DNA from: the human T2T-CHM13v2.0 reference genome, Homo sapiens
DNA: 64,000 nucleotides
Direction: 5' to 3'
Assembly: GCA_009914755.4 (NCBI GenBank)
Contig: CP086569.2
Location: 60,896,001-60,960,000, forward strand
In this document: positions 1-14,249 of the stretch, piece by piece
How the letters are laid out: each line of letters opens with the position of its first letter
Numbering within the stretch: position 1 is the stretch's first letter
Notes under the pieces: generated by a model
Database searches by the model: none
What the model was told of the DNA's origin: nothing
Seen by the model: the letters and a program-made list of their open reading frames with translations, nothing else
Translations under genes and position numbers: made by a program

Positions 1-3000
1 TCATTGACTGGAAAGGCTGGGTGTCGAAAGGAATTGACTCCAATGGAATGGAATCGAATGGAGTGGAAGTGAATAGAATCGAACTACATCGAATGGAATG
101 GAATTGATAGGAACGGAATGGAAAGGAATGCAATGATTTGGCACGGAATGGAATCGAATGGCATCGAATGGAATGGAATGGAATGCAATGGAATGGAACG
201 TATTAGAATGTAATGAACTTTAATGGAATGTACTCGAATGGATTCGACTGGAATGGAATGTTCTGGAAGTGAATGGACTCCAATGGAATGGATTCAAAAG
301 GAATGGAATCGTACGGAATGGAATCTAATGGAATGGAATTAAATGGAAATGAATCAAATTGAATAGCATGGAATTGAATTGAATGGAATCGAATGCAATG
401 GTATCTAATGAAACGGAAAGGAAAGGAATGGAATGGAATGGAATGGGCTGGAATGGAAAGGAATCGAAACGAATGGAATGGAATCGAACTGAAGAGACTG
501 GAATGGAATGCACTGGAATGGAAGGGAGTGTAATGGAAGGTTCTCGAAAAAAATGGAATCGAATGGAATGGAATTGAATGGAACGGAATAGAGTCGAATG
601 GAATTGAATGGAATGGAATGGACTAGAGTGAAATGGAATCGAACCACAAGGAATGGACAGGAATAGAATGGTCTCGAATTGAATGGAATCGTATGGAATG
701 GCATCAAACGGAATGGAATGGACAGCCACGGAATGGAATGCACTCGAATGCAATGGAGTCGAAACTAATGGACTGGAATAGAATGGACTCGACTGGTACG
801 GACTCCAATGGAATGGAATCGAATGGAAGGGAATCGAACGGAATGGACTCGAAGGGAAAAGACTGCAATGGAAAGGTCTCGAATGGAATGGAAATAAATG
901 GAATGGAATGGAATCGAATGAAATGGAGTCAAAAGGAATGGAATTGAATGGCAAGAAATCGAATGTAATGGAATCGCAAGGAATTGATGTGAACGGAACG
1001 GAATGGAATGGAATCCAAAGGAATGGAATAGAATGGAATGGAATCGAATGGAAAGGACTCGAATGGAAATCACTCGAATAGAATGCAATTTAATAAAATA
1101 GGACCAAATGAAATGGAATGGAATGGAAAGGAATCGAAACGAAAGGAATGGAGACAGATGGAATGGAATGGAGCAGAGAGCAATGGTATAGAATGGAATG
1201 GAATCATCTGGAATGGAATTGAATGGAATGGAATAATATGAAATGGAATGGAATGGAATGGAATGGAATGCCCTTGAATTAAATGGACTGGAATGGAATG
1301 GACTCGAACAGAGTGGAATGGAAAGTGTTGAGATAGAATGGAATGGACTCGTTTGGAATGGTCTAGTATGCAATGCAATCGACTGGCAGGGAATCAAAAG
1401 GAATGTAATCGAATGGATTGGACTGGAATGCAATGGACTCGAATAGATTGCAAACGGAATGCAAAGGAATGGAATGGAATAGTATGGAATGGAATGGAAA
1501 GGAATGGAGTGGAATAGACTAGAGTGGAATGGAATGGACTGGAAAGCAATGGACTGGAATGGAACTTTCTTGAATGGACTGGAATCAAACGGAATGGAAT
1601 GCAATGCAATCAAATGGCATGGAATAAAATAGAATGAAAGAGAATGAAATGGAATTGAATCGAATGGAATCGAATGGATTGGAAAGGAATAGAATGGAAT
1701 GGAATGGAATTGACTCAAATGGAATGGACTAGAATGGAATGGATTCGAATGGAAGGCAAAGGAATGGAATCTATTGGAATGGACTGTAATGGAATGGAAT
1801 GGAAGGGATTGGAATGGACTCGAATGGAATGGACTGCAATAGAAAGGATTCGAATGGAATGAAAAAGAATTGAATGGAATAGAACAGAATGGAATCAAAT
1901 CGAATGAAATGGAATGGAATAGAAAGGAATGGAATGAAATGGAATGGAAAGGATTCGAATGGAATGCAATCGAATGGAATGGAGTCGAACGGAATGGAAT
2001 AAAATGGAAGAAAACTGGCAAGAAATGGAATCGAAATGAATGGAGTGTTATGGAACGGACTCAAAAGGAATTGAATGTAATAGAATGGAGTGGAGTGGAC
2101 TCGAATATAATGGACTGGAATGGAATGAAATCACATGGAATGGGAACGAATGGAATGGAATGGAAAGGAATGGAATCGAATGGAAAGGAATCGAATGGAA
2201 GGGAATGAAATTGAATCAACAGGAATTGTAGGGAATAGAATAGACGGTAATGGAATGGACTCGAATAGAATGGACACGAATGCTCAAATTGAATGGACTC
2301 GAATGGAATGGAAACGAAAGGAATGTCATCGAATGGAATTGAATCGATTGGAATCAAATCGCATAGAATGGAGTGGAATCAAATGGAATTGAATCGAAAG
2401 GAAAGGAAGCGAATGGACTGAAATGAAATGGAATGGAATTGAATGGAAAGTAATGCAATGGAATAGAATGGAACGAAATTTCACGGAATGGAATCAAACT
2501 GAATGGAATCAAATCAATGGAATCAAATCAAATGGAATGGAAAGGAATTGAATGGAGTAGATTGGATTGGATGGGATTGGAATGAAATGTACTGGAAAGG
2601 ACTCGAATTTCATGAAACGGAATGGAATGAATTGGAACGGAATGGACTCGAATGGAATGGAATGTCATGGAATGGCATCAAATGGAATGGCATCAAATGG
2701 AATGGAATCGAATGCAATGGAATGCTATGGAATGGAATGGAATGCATTGGAATGGAATGTCCTCTAATGGAATGGATTCGAGTGGAATGGAATCGAATAT
2801 AATGGAGTCGAATGAAATGGAATTGAAAGGAATGGGATCGAATACAATGGAATATACTGGAATGTAATGTAATGAACTCGAATGTAATTGACTGGAATGG
2901 AATGTACATGAATGGAATGTAATCGAATGGAAAGTAATCCAATGGAATACAATCTAATGCAATAAAATCGACTCAGATAGAGTAGAATGTAATGGAATGG

Positions 3001-3564
3001 AGTGCAGTGCAATGGAATGGAATGGAATGGAATGCAATGGAATGGAATGGAATGGAATGGAATGGAATGGGATGGAATGGGATGGAATGTTATGGAATGG
3101 ATAGTAATGGACTGGAGTGAAATGGACTGGAAAGGAATGGACTCAAATTAAAAGGGCTCGAAAGGAATGCAGTCAAATGGAATGGTCTGGAATGGAATGA
3201 ACACGAAAGTAATGCAATCCAATAGAATGGAATCGAATGGCATGGAATATAAAGAAATGGAATCGAAGAGAATGGAAACAAATGGAATGGAATTGAATGG
3301 AATGGAATTGAATGGAATGGGAACGAATGGAGTGAAATTGTATGCAGTAGAAGGGAATAGAATGGAATGCAAGCGAAAGGAAAGGAATGGATTGGAATGG
3401 AATGGAATTCATTGGAATGGAAGGGAATGTAGTGTAATGGACAGGCCTGCAATAAAGTGGAATGCTACGGTCTCGAATGGAATAAAAATGTATGGAATGG
3501 AATGCAATGAAACGGAATCGAATGTCATAGAATGTAATGGAATGCAAAAAAATGGAATCCAAAA
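1..3564. repeat. HOR unit 1 (3564 bp), haplotype A
   Basis: Anchor 'tcattgactgg' at 1 and 3565. Carries the 'ggaccaaatgaaatgg' variant (~1091). The 418-aa artefactual reverse ORF (765..2021) is intact. Shares private variants with unit 4 ('gaactacatcgaatgg', 'gaatggaacgtattag', 209-aa ORF 325..954). Confidence 0.85.
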
Positions 3565-6500
3565 TCATTGACTGGAAAGGCTGGGTGTCGAAAGGAATTG
3601 ACTCCAATGGAATGGAATCGAATGGAATGGAAGTGATAGAATCGAACTAAATCGAATGGAATGGAATTGATAGGAACGGAATGGAAAGGAATGCAATGAT
3701 TTGGCATGGAATGGAATCAAATGGCATCGAATGGAATGGTATGGAATGCAACGGAATGGAATGTATTAGAATGTAATGAACTTTAATGGAATGTACTCGA
3801 ATGGATTCGACTGGAATGGAATGTTCTGGAAGTGAATGGACTCCAATGGAATGGATTCAAAAGGAATGGAATCGTTCGGAATGGAATCTAATGGAATGGA
3901 ATTAAATGGAAATGAATCAAATTGAATAGCACGGAATTGAATTGAATGGAATGGAATGCAATGGAATCTAATGAAACGGAAAGGAAAGGAATGGAATGGA
4001 ATGGAATGGGCTGGAATGGAAAGGAATCGAAACGAATGGAATGGAATCGAACTGAAGAGACTGGAATGGAATGCACTGGAATGGAAGGGAGTGTAATGGA
4101 AGGTTCTCGAAAAAAATGGAATCGAATGGAATGGAATTGAATGGAACGGAATAGAGTCGAATGGAATTGAATGGAATGGAATGGACTAGAGTGAAATGGA
4201 ATCGAACCACAAGGAATGGACAGGAATAGAATGGTCTCGAATTGAATGGAATCGTATGGAATGGCATCAAACGGAATGGAATGGACAGCCACGGAATGGA
4301 ATGCACTCGAATGCAATGGAGTCGAAACTAATGGACTGGAATAGAATGGACTCGACTGGTACGGACTCCAATGGAATGGAATCGAATGGAAGGGAATCGA
4401 ACGGAATGGACTCGAAGGGAAAAGACTGCAATGGAAAGGTCTCGAATGGAATGGAAATTAATGGAATGGAATGGAATCGAATGAAATGGAGTCAAAAGGA
4501 ATGGAATCGAATGGCAAGAAATCGAATGTAATGGAATCGCAAGGAATTGATGTGAACGGAACGGAATGGAATGGAATCCAAAGGAATGGAATAGAATGGA
4601 ATGGAATCGAATGGAAAGGACTCGAATGGAAATCACTCGAATAGAATGCAATTTAATAAAATAGGACCAAATGAAATGGAATGGAATGGAAAGGAATCGA
4701 AACGAAAGGAATGGAGACAGATGGAATGGAATGGAACAGAGAGCAATGGTATAGAATGGAATGGAATCATCTGGAATGGAATTGAATGGAATGGAATAAT
4801 ATGAAATGGAATGGAATGGAATGGAATGGAATGCCCTTGAATTAAATGGACTGGAATGGAATGGACTCGAACAGAGTGGAATGGAAAGTGTTGAGATAGA
4901 ATGGAATGGACTCGTTTGGAATGGTCTAGTATGCAATGCAATCGACTGGCAGGGAATCAAAAGGAATGTAATGGAATGGATTGGACTGGAATGCAATGGA
5001 CTCGAATAGATTGCAAACGGAATGCAAAGGAATGGAATGGAATAGTATGGAATGGAATGGAAAGGAATGGAGTGGAATAGACTAGAGTGGAATGGAATGG
5101 ACTGGAAAGCAATGGACTGGAATGGAACTTTCTTGAATGGACTGGAATCAAACGGAAAGGAATGCAATGCAATCAAATGGCATGGAATAAAATAGAATGA
5201 AAGAGAATCAAATGGAATTGAATCGAATGGAATCGAATGGATTGGAAAGGAATAGAATGGAATGGAATGGAATTGACTCAAATGGAATGGACTAGAATGG
5301 AATGGATTCGAATGGAAGGCAAAGGAATGGAATCTATTGGAATGGACTGTAATGGAATGGAATGGAAGGGATTGGAATGGACTCGAATGGAATGGACTGC
5401 AATAGAAAGGATTCGAATGGAATGAAAAAGAATTGAATGGAATAGAACAGAATGGAATCAAATCGAATGAAATGGAATGGAATAGAAAGGAATGGAATGA
5501 AATGGAATGGAAAGGATTCGAATGGAATGCAATCGAATGGAATGGAGTCGAACGGAATGGAATAAAATGGAAGAAAACTGGCAAGAAATGGAATCGAAAT
5601 GAATGGAGTGTTATGGAACGGACTCAAAAGGAATTGAATGTAATAGAATGGAGTGGAGTGGACTCGAATATAATGGACTGGAATGGAATGAAATCACATG
5701 GAATGGGAACGAATGGAATGGAATGGAAAGGAATGGAATCGAATGGAAAGGAATCGAATGGAAGGGAATGAAATTGAATCAACAGGAATTGTAGGGAATA
5801 GAATAGACGGTAATGGAATGGACTCGAATAGAATGGACACGAATGCTCAAATTGAATGGACTCGAATGGAATGGAAACGAAAGGAATGTCATCGAATGGA
5901 ATTGAATCGATTGGAATCAAATCGCATAGAATGGAGTGGAATCAAATGGAATTGAATCGAAAGGAAAGGAAGCGAATGGACTGAAATGAAATGGAATGGA
6001 ATTGAATGGAAAGTAATGCAATGGAATAGAATGGAACGAAATTTCACGGAATGGAATCAAACTGAATGGAATCAAATCAATGGAATCAAATCAAATGGAA
6101 TGGAAAGGAATTGAATGGAGTAGATTGGATTGGATGGGATTGGAATGAAATGTACTGGAAAGGACTCGAATTTCATGAAACGGAATGGAATGAATTGGAA
6201 CGGAATGGACTCGAATGGAATGGAATGTCATGGAATGGCATCAAATGGAATGGCATCAAATGGAATGGAATCGAATGCAATGGAATGCTATGGAATGGAA
6301 TGGAATGCATTGGAATGGAATGTCCTCTAATGGAATGGATTCGAGTGGAATGGAATCGAATATAATGGAGTCGAATGAAATGGAATTGAAAGGAATGGGA
6401 TCGAATACAATGGAATATACTGGAATGTAATGTAATGAACTCGAATGTAATTGACTGGAATGGAATGTACATGAATGGAATGTAATCGAATGGAAAGTAA

Positions 6501-7127
6501 TCCAATGGAATACAATCTAATGCAATAAAATCGACTCAGATAGAGTAGAATGTAATGGAATGGAGTGCAGTGCAATGGAATGGAATGGAATGGAATGCAA
6601 TGGAATGGAATGGAATGGAATGGAATGGAATGGGATGGAATGGGATGGAATGTTATGGAATGGATAGTAATGGACTGGAGTGAAATGGACTGGAAAGGAA
6701 TGGACTCAAATTAAAAGGGCTCGAAAGGAATGCAGTCAAATGGAATGGTCTGGAATGGAATGAACACGAAAGTAATGCAATCCAATAGAATGGAATCGAA
6801 TGGCATGGAATATAAAGAAATGGAATCGAAGAGAATGGAAACAAATGGAATGGAATTGAATGGAATGGAATTGAATGGAATGGGAACGAATGGAGTGAAA
6901 TTGTATGCAGTAGAAGGGAATAGAATGGAATGCAAGCGAAAGGAAAGGAATGGATTGGAATGGAATGGAATTCATTGGAATGGAAGGGAATGTAGTGTAA
7001 TGGACAGGCCTGCAATAAAGTGGAATGCTACGGTCTCGAATGGAATAAAAATGTATGGAATGGAATGCAATGAAACGGAATCGAATGTCATAGAATGTAA
7101 TGGAATGCAAAAAAATGGAATCCAAAA
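3565..7127. repeat. HOR unit 2 (3563 bp), haplotype A
   Basis: Anchor at 3565 and 7128. 'gaactaaatcgaatgg' variant shared with unit 3. GGCC at 7007-7010 in the 'ggcctgcaat' context, as in unit 1. Confidence 0.85.
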
Positions 7128-10100
7128 TCATTGACTGGAAAGGCTGGGTGTCGAAAGGAATTGACTCCAATGGAATGGAATCGAATGGAATGGAAGTGAT
7201 AGAATCGAACTAAATCGAATGGAATGGAATTGATAGGAACGGAATGGAAAGGAATGCAATGATTTGGCATGGAATGGAATCAAATGGCATCGAATGGAAT
7301 GGTATGGAATGCAACGGAATGGAATGTATTAGAATGTAATGAACTTTAATGGAATGTACTCGAATGGATTCGACTGGAATGGAATGTTCTGGAAGTGAAT
7401 GGACTCCAATGGAATGGATTCAAAAGGAATGGAATCGTTCGGAATGGAATCTAATGGAATGGAATTAAATGGAAATGAATCAAATTGAATAGCACGGAAT
7501 TGAATTGAATGGAATGGAATGCAATGGAATCTAATGAAACGGAAAGGAAAGGAATGGAATGGAATGGAATGGGCTGGAATGGAAAGGAATCGAAACGAAT
7601 GGAATGGAATCGAACTGAAGAGACTGGAATGGAATGCACTGGAATGGAAGGGAGTGTAATGGAAGGTTCTCGAAAAAAATGGAATCGAATGGAATGGAAT
7701 TGAATGGAACGGAATAGAGTCGAATGGAATTGAATGGAATGGAATGGACTAGAGTGAAATGGAATCGAACCACAAGGAATGGACAGGAATAGAATGGTCT
7801 CGAATTGAATGGAATCGTATGGAATGGCATCAAACGGAATGGAATGGACAGCCACGGAATGGAATGCACTCGAATGCAATGGAGTCGAAACTAATGGACT
7901 GGAATAGAATGGACTCGACTGGTACGGACTCCAATGGAATGGAATCGAATGGAAGGGAATCGAACGGAATGGACTCGAAGGGAAAAGACTGCAATGGAAA
8001 GGTCTCGAATGGAATGGAAATTAATGGAATGGAATGGAATCGAATGAAATGGAGTCAAAAGGAATGGAATCGAATGGCAAGAAATCGAATGTAATGGAAT
8101 CGCAAGGAATTGATGTGAACGGAACGGAATGGAATGGAATCCAAAGGAATGGAATAGAATGGAATGGAATCGAATGGAAAGGACTCGAATGGAAATCACT
8201 CGAATAGAATGCAATTTAATAAAATAGGACCAAATGAAATGGAATGGAATGGAAAGGAATCGAAACGAAAGGAATGGAGACAGATGGAATGGAATGGAAC
8301 AGAGAGCAATGGTATAGAATGGAATGGAATCATCTGGAATGGAATTGAATGGAATGGAATAATATGAAATGGAATGGAATGGAATGGAATGGAATGCCCT
8401 TGAATTAAATGGACTGGAATGGAATGGACTCGAACAGAGTGGAATGGAAAGTGTTGAGATAGAATGGAATGGACTCGTTTGGAATGGTCTAGTATGCAAT
8501 GCAATCGACTGGCAGGGAATCAAAAGGAATGTAATGGAATGGATTGGACTGGAATGCAATGGACTCGAATAGATTGCAAACGGAATGCAAAGGAATGGAA
8601 TGGAATAGTATGGAATGGAATGGAAAGGAATGGAGTGGAATAGACTAGAGTGGAATGGAATGGACTGGAAAGCAATGGACTGGAATGGAACTTTCTTGAA
8701 TGGACTGGAATCAAACGGAAAGGAATGCAATGCAATCAAATGGCATGGAATAAAATAGAATGAAAGAGAATCAAATGGAATTGAATCGAATGGAATCGAA
8801 TGGATTGGAAAGGAATAGAATGGAATGGAATGGAATTGACTCAAATGGAATGGACTAGAATGGAATGGATTCGAATGGAAGGCAAAGGAATGGAATCTAT
8901 TGGAATGGACTGTAATGGAATGGAATGGAAGGGATTGGAATGGACTCGAATGGAATGGACTGCAATAGAAAGGATTCGAATGGAATGAAAAAGAATTGAA
9001 TGGAATAGAACAGAATGGAATCAAATCGAATGAAATGGAATGGAATAGAAAGGAATGGAATGAAATGGAATGGAAAGGATTCGAATGGAATGCAATCGAA
9101 TGGAATGGAGTCGAACGGAATGGAATAAAATGGAAGAAAACTGGCAAGAAATGGAATCGAAATGAATGGAGTGTTATGGAACGGACTCAAAAGGAATTGA
9201 ATGTAATAGAATGGAGTGGAGTGGACTCGAATATAATGGACTGGAATGGAATGAAATCACATGGAATGGGAACGAATGGAATGGAATGGAAAGGAATGGA
9301 ATCGAATGGAAAGGAATCGAATGGAAGGGAATGAAATTGAATCAACAGGAATGGTAGGGAATAGAATAGACGGTAATGGAATGGACTCGAATAGAATGGA
9401 CACGAATGCTCAAATTGAATGGACTCGAATGGAATGGAAACGAAAGGAATGTCATCGAATGGAATTGAATCGATTGGAATGAAATCGCATAGAATGGAGT
9501 GGAATCAAATGGAATTGAATCGAAAGGAAAGGAAGCGAATGGACTGAAATGAAATGGAATGGAATTGAATGGAAAGTAATGCAATGGAATAGAATGGAAC
9601 GAAATTTCACGGAATGGAATCAAACTGAATGGAATCAAGTCAATGGAATCAAATCAAATGGAATGGAAAGGAATTGAATGGAGTAGATTGGATTGGATGG
9701 GATTGGAATGAAATGTACTGGAAAGGACTCGAATTTCATGAAACGGAATGGAATGAATTGGAACGGAATGGACTCGAATGGAATGGAATGTCATGGAATG
9801 GCATCAAATGGAATGGCATCAAATGGAATGGAATCGAATGCAATGGAATGCTATGGAATGGAATGGAATGCATTGGAATGGAATGTCCTCTAATGGAATG
9901 GATTCGAGTGGAATGGAATCGAATATAATGGAGTCGAATGAAATGGAATTGAAAGGAATGGGATCGAATACAATGGAATATACTGGAATGTAATGTAATG
10001 AACTCGAATGTAATTGACTGGAATGGAATGTACATGAATGGAATGTAATCGAATGGAAAGTAATCCAATGGAATACAATCTAATGCAATAAAATCGACTC

Positions 10101-10690
10101 AGATAGAGTAGAATGTAATGGAATGGAGTGCAGTGCAATGCAATGGAATGGAATGGAATGCAATGGAATGGAATGGAATGGAATGGAATGGAATGGAATG
10201 GAATGGGATGGAATGGTATGGAATGGATAGTAATGGACTGGAGTGAAATGGACTGGAAAGGAATGGACTCAAATTGAAAGGGCTCGAAAGGAATGGAGTC
10301 AAATGGAATGGTCTGGAATGGAATGAACACGAAAGTAATGCAATCCAATAGAATGGAATCGAATGGCATGGAATATAAAGAAATGGAATCGAAGAGAATG
10401 GAAACAAATGGAATGGAATTGAATGGAATGGAATTGAATGGAATGGGAACGAATGGAGTGAAATTGTATGCAGTAGAAGGGAATAGAATGGAATGCAAGC
10501 GAAAGGAAAGGAATGGATTGGAATGGAATGGAATTCATTGGAATGGAAGGGAATGTAGTGTAATGGACAGGCCTGGAATAAAGTGGAATGCTACGGTCTC
10601 GAATGGAATAAAAATGTATGGAATGGAATGCAATGAAACGGAATCGAATGTCATAGAATGTAATGGAATGCAAAAAAATGGAATCCAAAA
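7128..10690. repeat. HOR unit 3 (3563 bp), haplotype A
   Basis: Anchor at 7128 and 10691. From this unit onward the HaeIII context is 'ggcctggaat' (10570) instead of 'ggcctgcaat'. Confidence 0.85.
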
Positions 10691-13600
10691 TCATTGACTG
10701 GAAAGGCTGGGTGTCGAAAGGAATTGACTCCAATGGAATGGAATCGAATGGAGTGGAAGTGAATAGAATCGAACTACATCGAATGGAATGGAATTGATAG
10801 GAACGGAATGGAAAGGAATGCAATGATTTGGCACGGAATGGAATCGAATGGCATCGAATGGAATGGAATGGAATGCAATGGAATGGAACGTATTAGAATG
10901 TAATGAACTTTAATGGAATGTACTCGAATGGATTCGACTGTAATGGAATGTTCTGGAAGTGAATGGACTCCAATGGAATGGATTCAAAAGGAATGGAATC
11001 GTACGGAATGGAATCTAATGGAATGGAATTAAATGGAAATGAATCAAATTTAATAGCATGGAATTGAATTGAATGGAATCGAATGCAATGGAATCTAATG
11101 AAACGGAAAGGAAAGGAATGGAATGGAATGGAATGGGCTGGAAGGGAAAGGAATCGAAACGAATGGAATGGAATCGAACTGAAGAGACTGGAATGGAATG
11201 CACTGGAATGGAAGGGAGTGTAATGGAAGGTTCTCGAAAAAAATGGAATCGAATGGAATGGAATTGAATGGAACGGAATAGAGTCGAATGGAATTGAATG
11301 GAATGGAATGGACTAGAGTGAAATGGAATCGAACCACAAGGAATGGACAGGAATAGAATGGTCTCGAATTGAATGGAATCGTATGGAATGGCATCAAACG
11401 GAATGGAATGGACAGCCACGGAATGGAATGCACTCGAATGCAATGGAGTCGAAACTAATGGACTGGAATAGAATGGACTCGACTGGTACGGACTCCAATG
11501 GAATGGAATCGAATGGAAGGGAATCGAACGGAATGGACTCGAAGGGAAAAGACTGCAATGGAAAGGTCTCGAATGGAATGGAAATAAATGGAATGGAATG
11601 GAATCGAATGAAATGGAGTCAAAAGGAATGGAATCGAATGGCAAGAAATCGAATGTAATGGAATCGCAAGGAATTGATGTGAACGGAACGGAATGGAATG
11701 GAATCCAAAGGAATGGAATAGAATGGAATGGAATCGAATGGAAAGGACTCGAATGGAAATCACTCGAATAGAATGCAATTTAATAAAATAGGACCAAATG
11801 AAATGGAATGGAATGGAAAGGAATCGAAACGAAAGGAATGGAGACAGATGGAATGGAATGGAACAGAGAGCAATGGTATAGAATGGAATGGAATCATCTG
11901 GAATGGAATTGAATGGAATGGAATAATATGAAATGGAATGGAATGGAATGGAATGGAATGCCCTTGAATTAAATGGACTGGAATGGAATGGACTCGAACA
12001 GAGTGGAATGGAAAGTGTTGAGATAGAATGGAATGGACTCGTTTGGAATGGTCTAGTATGCAATGCAATCGACTGGCAGGGAATCAAAAGGAATGTAATG
12101 GAATGGATTGGACTGGAATGCAATGGACTCGAATAGATTGCAAACGGAATGCAAAGGAATGGAATGGAATAGTATGGAATGGAATGGAAAGGAATGGAGT
12201 GGAATAGACTAGAGTGGAATGGAATGGACTGGAAAGAAATGGACTGGAATGGAACTTTCTTGAATGGACTGGAATCAAACGGAATGGAATGCAATGCAAT
12301 CAAATGGCATGGAATAAAATAGAATGAAAGAGAATCAAATGGAATTGAATCGAATGGAATCGAATGGATTGGAAAGGAATACAATGGAATGGAATGGAAT
12401 TGACTCAAATGGAATGGACTAGAATGGAATGGATTCGAATGGAAGGCAAAGGAATGGAATCTATTGGAATGGACTGTAATGGAATGGAATGGAAGGGATT
12501 GGAATGGACTCGAATGGAATGGACTGCAATAGAAAGGATTCGAATGGAATGAAAAAGAATTGAATGGAATAGAACAGAATGGAATCAAATCGAATGAAAT
12601 GGAATGGAATAGAAAGGAATGGAATGAAATGGAATGGAAAGGATTCGAATGGAATGCAATCGAATGGAATGGAGTCGAACGGAATGGAATAAAATGGAAG
12701 AAAACTGGCAAGAAATGGAATCGAAATGAATGGAGTGTTATGGAACGGACTCAAAAGGAATTGAATGTAATAGAATGGAGTGGAGTGGACTCGAATATAA
12801 TGGACTGGAATGGAATGAAATCACATGGAATGGGAACGAATGGAATGGAATGGAAAGGAATGGAATCGAATGGAAAGGAATCGAATGGAAGGGAATGAAA
12901 TTGAATCAACAGGAATGGTAGGGAATAGAATAGACGGTAATGGAATGGACTCGAATAGAATGGACACGAATGCTCAAATTGAATGGACTCGAATGGAATG
13001 GAAACGAAAGGAATGTCATCGAATGGAATTGAATCGATTGGAATCAAATCGCATAGAATGGAGTGGAATCAAATGGAATTGAATCGAAAGGAAAGGAAGC
13101 GAATGGACTGAAATGAAATGGAATGGAATTGAATGGAAAGTAATGCAATGGAATAGAATGGAACGAAATTTTACGGAATGGAATCAAACTGAATGGAATC
13201 AAATCAATGGAATCAAATCCAATGGAATGGAAAGGAATTGAATGGAGTAGATTGGATTGGATGGGATTGGAATGAAATGTACTGGAAAGGACTCGAATTT
13301 CATGAAACGGAATGGAATGAATTGGAACGGAATGGACTCGAATGGAATGGAATGTCATGGAATGGCATCAAATGGAATGGCATCGAATGCAATGGAATGC
13401 TATGGAATGGAATGGAATGCATTGGAATGGAATGTCCTCTAATGGAATGGATTCGAGTGGAATGGAATCGAATATAATGGAGTCGAATGAAATGGAATTG
13501 AAAGGAATGGGATCGAATAGAATGGAATATACTGGAATGTAATGTAATGAACTCGAATGTAATTGACTGGAATGGAATGTACATGAATGGAATGTAATCG

Positions 13601-14249
13601 AATGGAAAGTAATCCAATGGAATAGAATCTAATGCAATAAAACCGACTCAGATAGAGTAGAATGTAATGGAATGGAGTGCAGTGCAATGGAAGGGAATGG
13701 AATTGAATGCAATGGAATGGAATGGAATGGAATGGAATGGAATGGAATGGAATGGGATGGAATGGGATGGAATGGTATGGAATGGATAGTAATGGACTGG
13801 AGGGAAATGGACTGGAAAGGAATGGACTCAAATTGAAAGGGCTCGAAAAGAAGGGAGTCAAATGGAATAGTCTGGAATAGAATGAACACGAATGTAATGC
13901 AATCCAATAGAATGGAATCGAATGGCATGGAATATAAAGAAATGGAATCGAAGAGAATGGAAACAAATGGAATGGAATTGAATGGAATGGAATTGAATGG
14001 AATGGGAACGAATGGAGTGAAATTGTATGCAGTAGAAGGGAATAGAATGGAATGCAAGCGAAAGGAAAGGAATGGATTGGAATGGAATGGAATTCATTGG
14101 AATGGAAGGGAATGTAGTGTAATGGACAGGCCTGGAACAAAGTGGAATGCTACGGTCTCGAATGGAATAAAAATGTATGGAATGGAATGCAATGAAACGG
14201 AATCGAATGTCATAGAATGTAATGGAATGCAAAAAAATGGAATCCAAAA
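10691..14249. repeat. HOR unit 4 (3559 bp), haplotype A, with a 15-bp deletion
   Basis: Anchor at 10691 and 14250. Closely resembles unit 1 (209-aa ORF 11015..11644; 'ctacatcgaatgg'). One 'aatggcatcaaatgg'-type 15-bp unit is missing near 13371-13395 (ORF 13193..13477 is 94 aa instead of 99 aa). Confidence 0.85.

Noticed and set aside
765-2021. 418-aa reverse-strand ORF (and its copies at 4328..5584, 7891..9147, 11455..12711) as a possible repeat-encoded protein
   Set aside because: The translation is a degenerate 'PFHSI' pentapeptide-like repeat that comes straight from AATGG periodicity. The ORF breaks into 107+305 aa in later units through single substitutions. An overlapping ORF of similar quality exists on the opposite strand. 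There is no domain-like non-repetitive segment.
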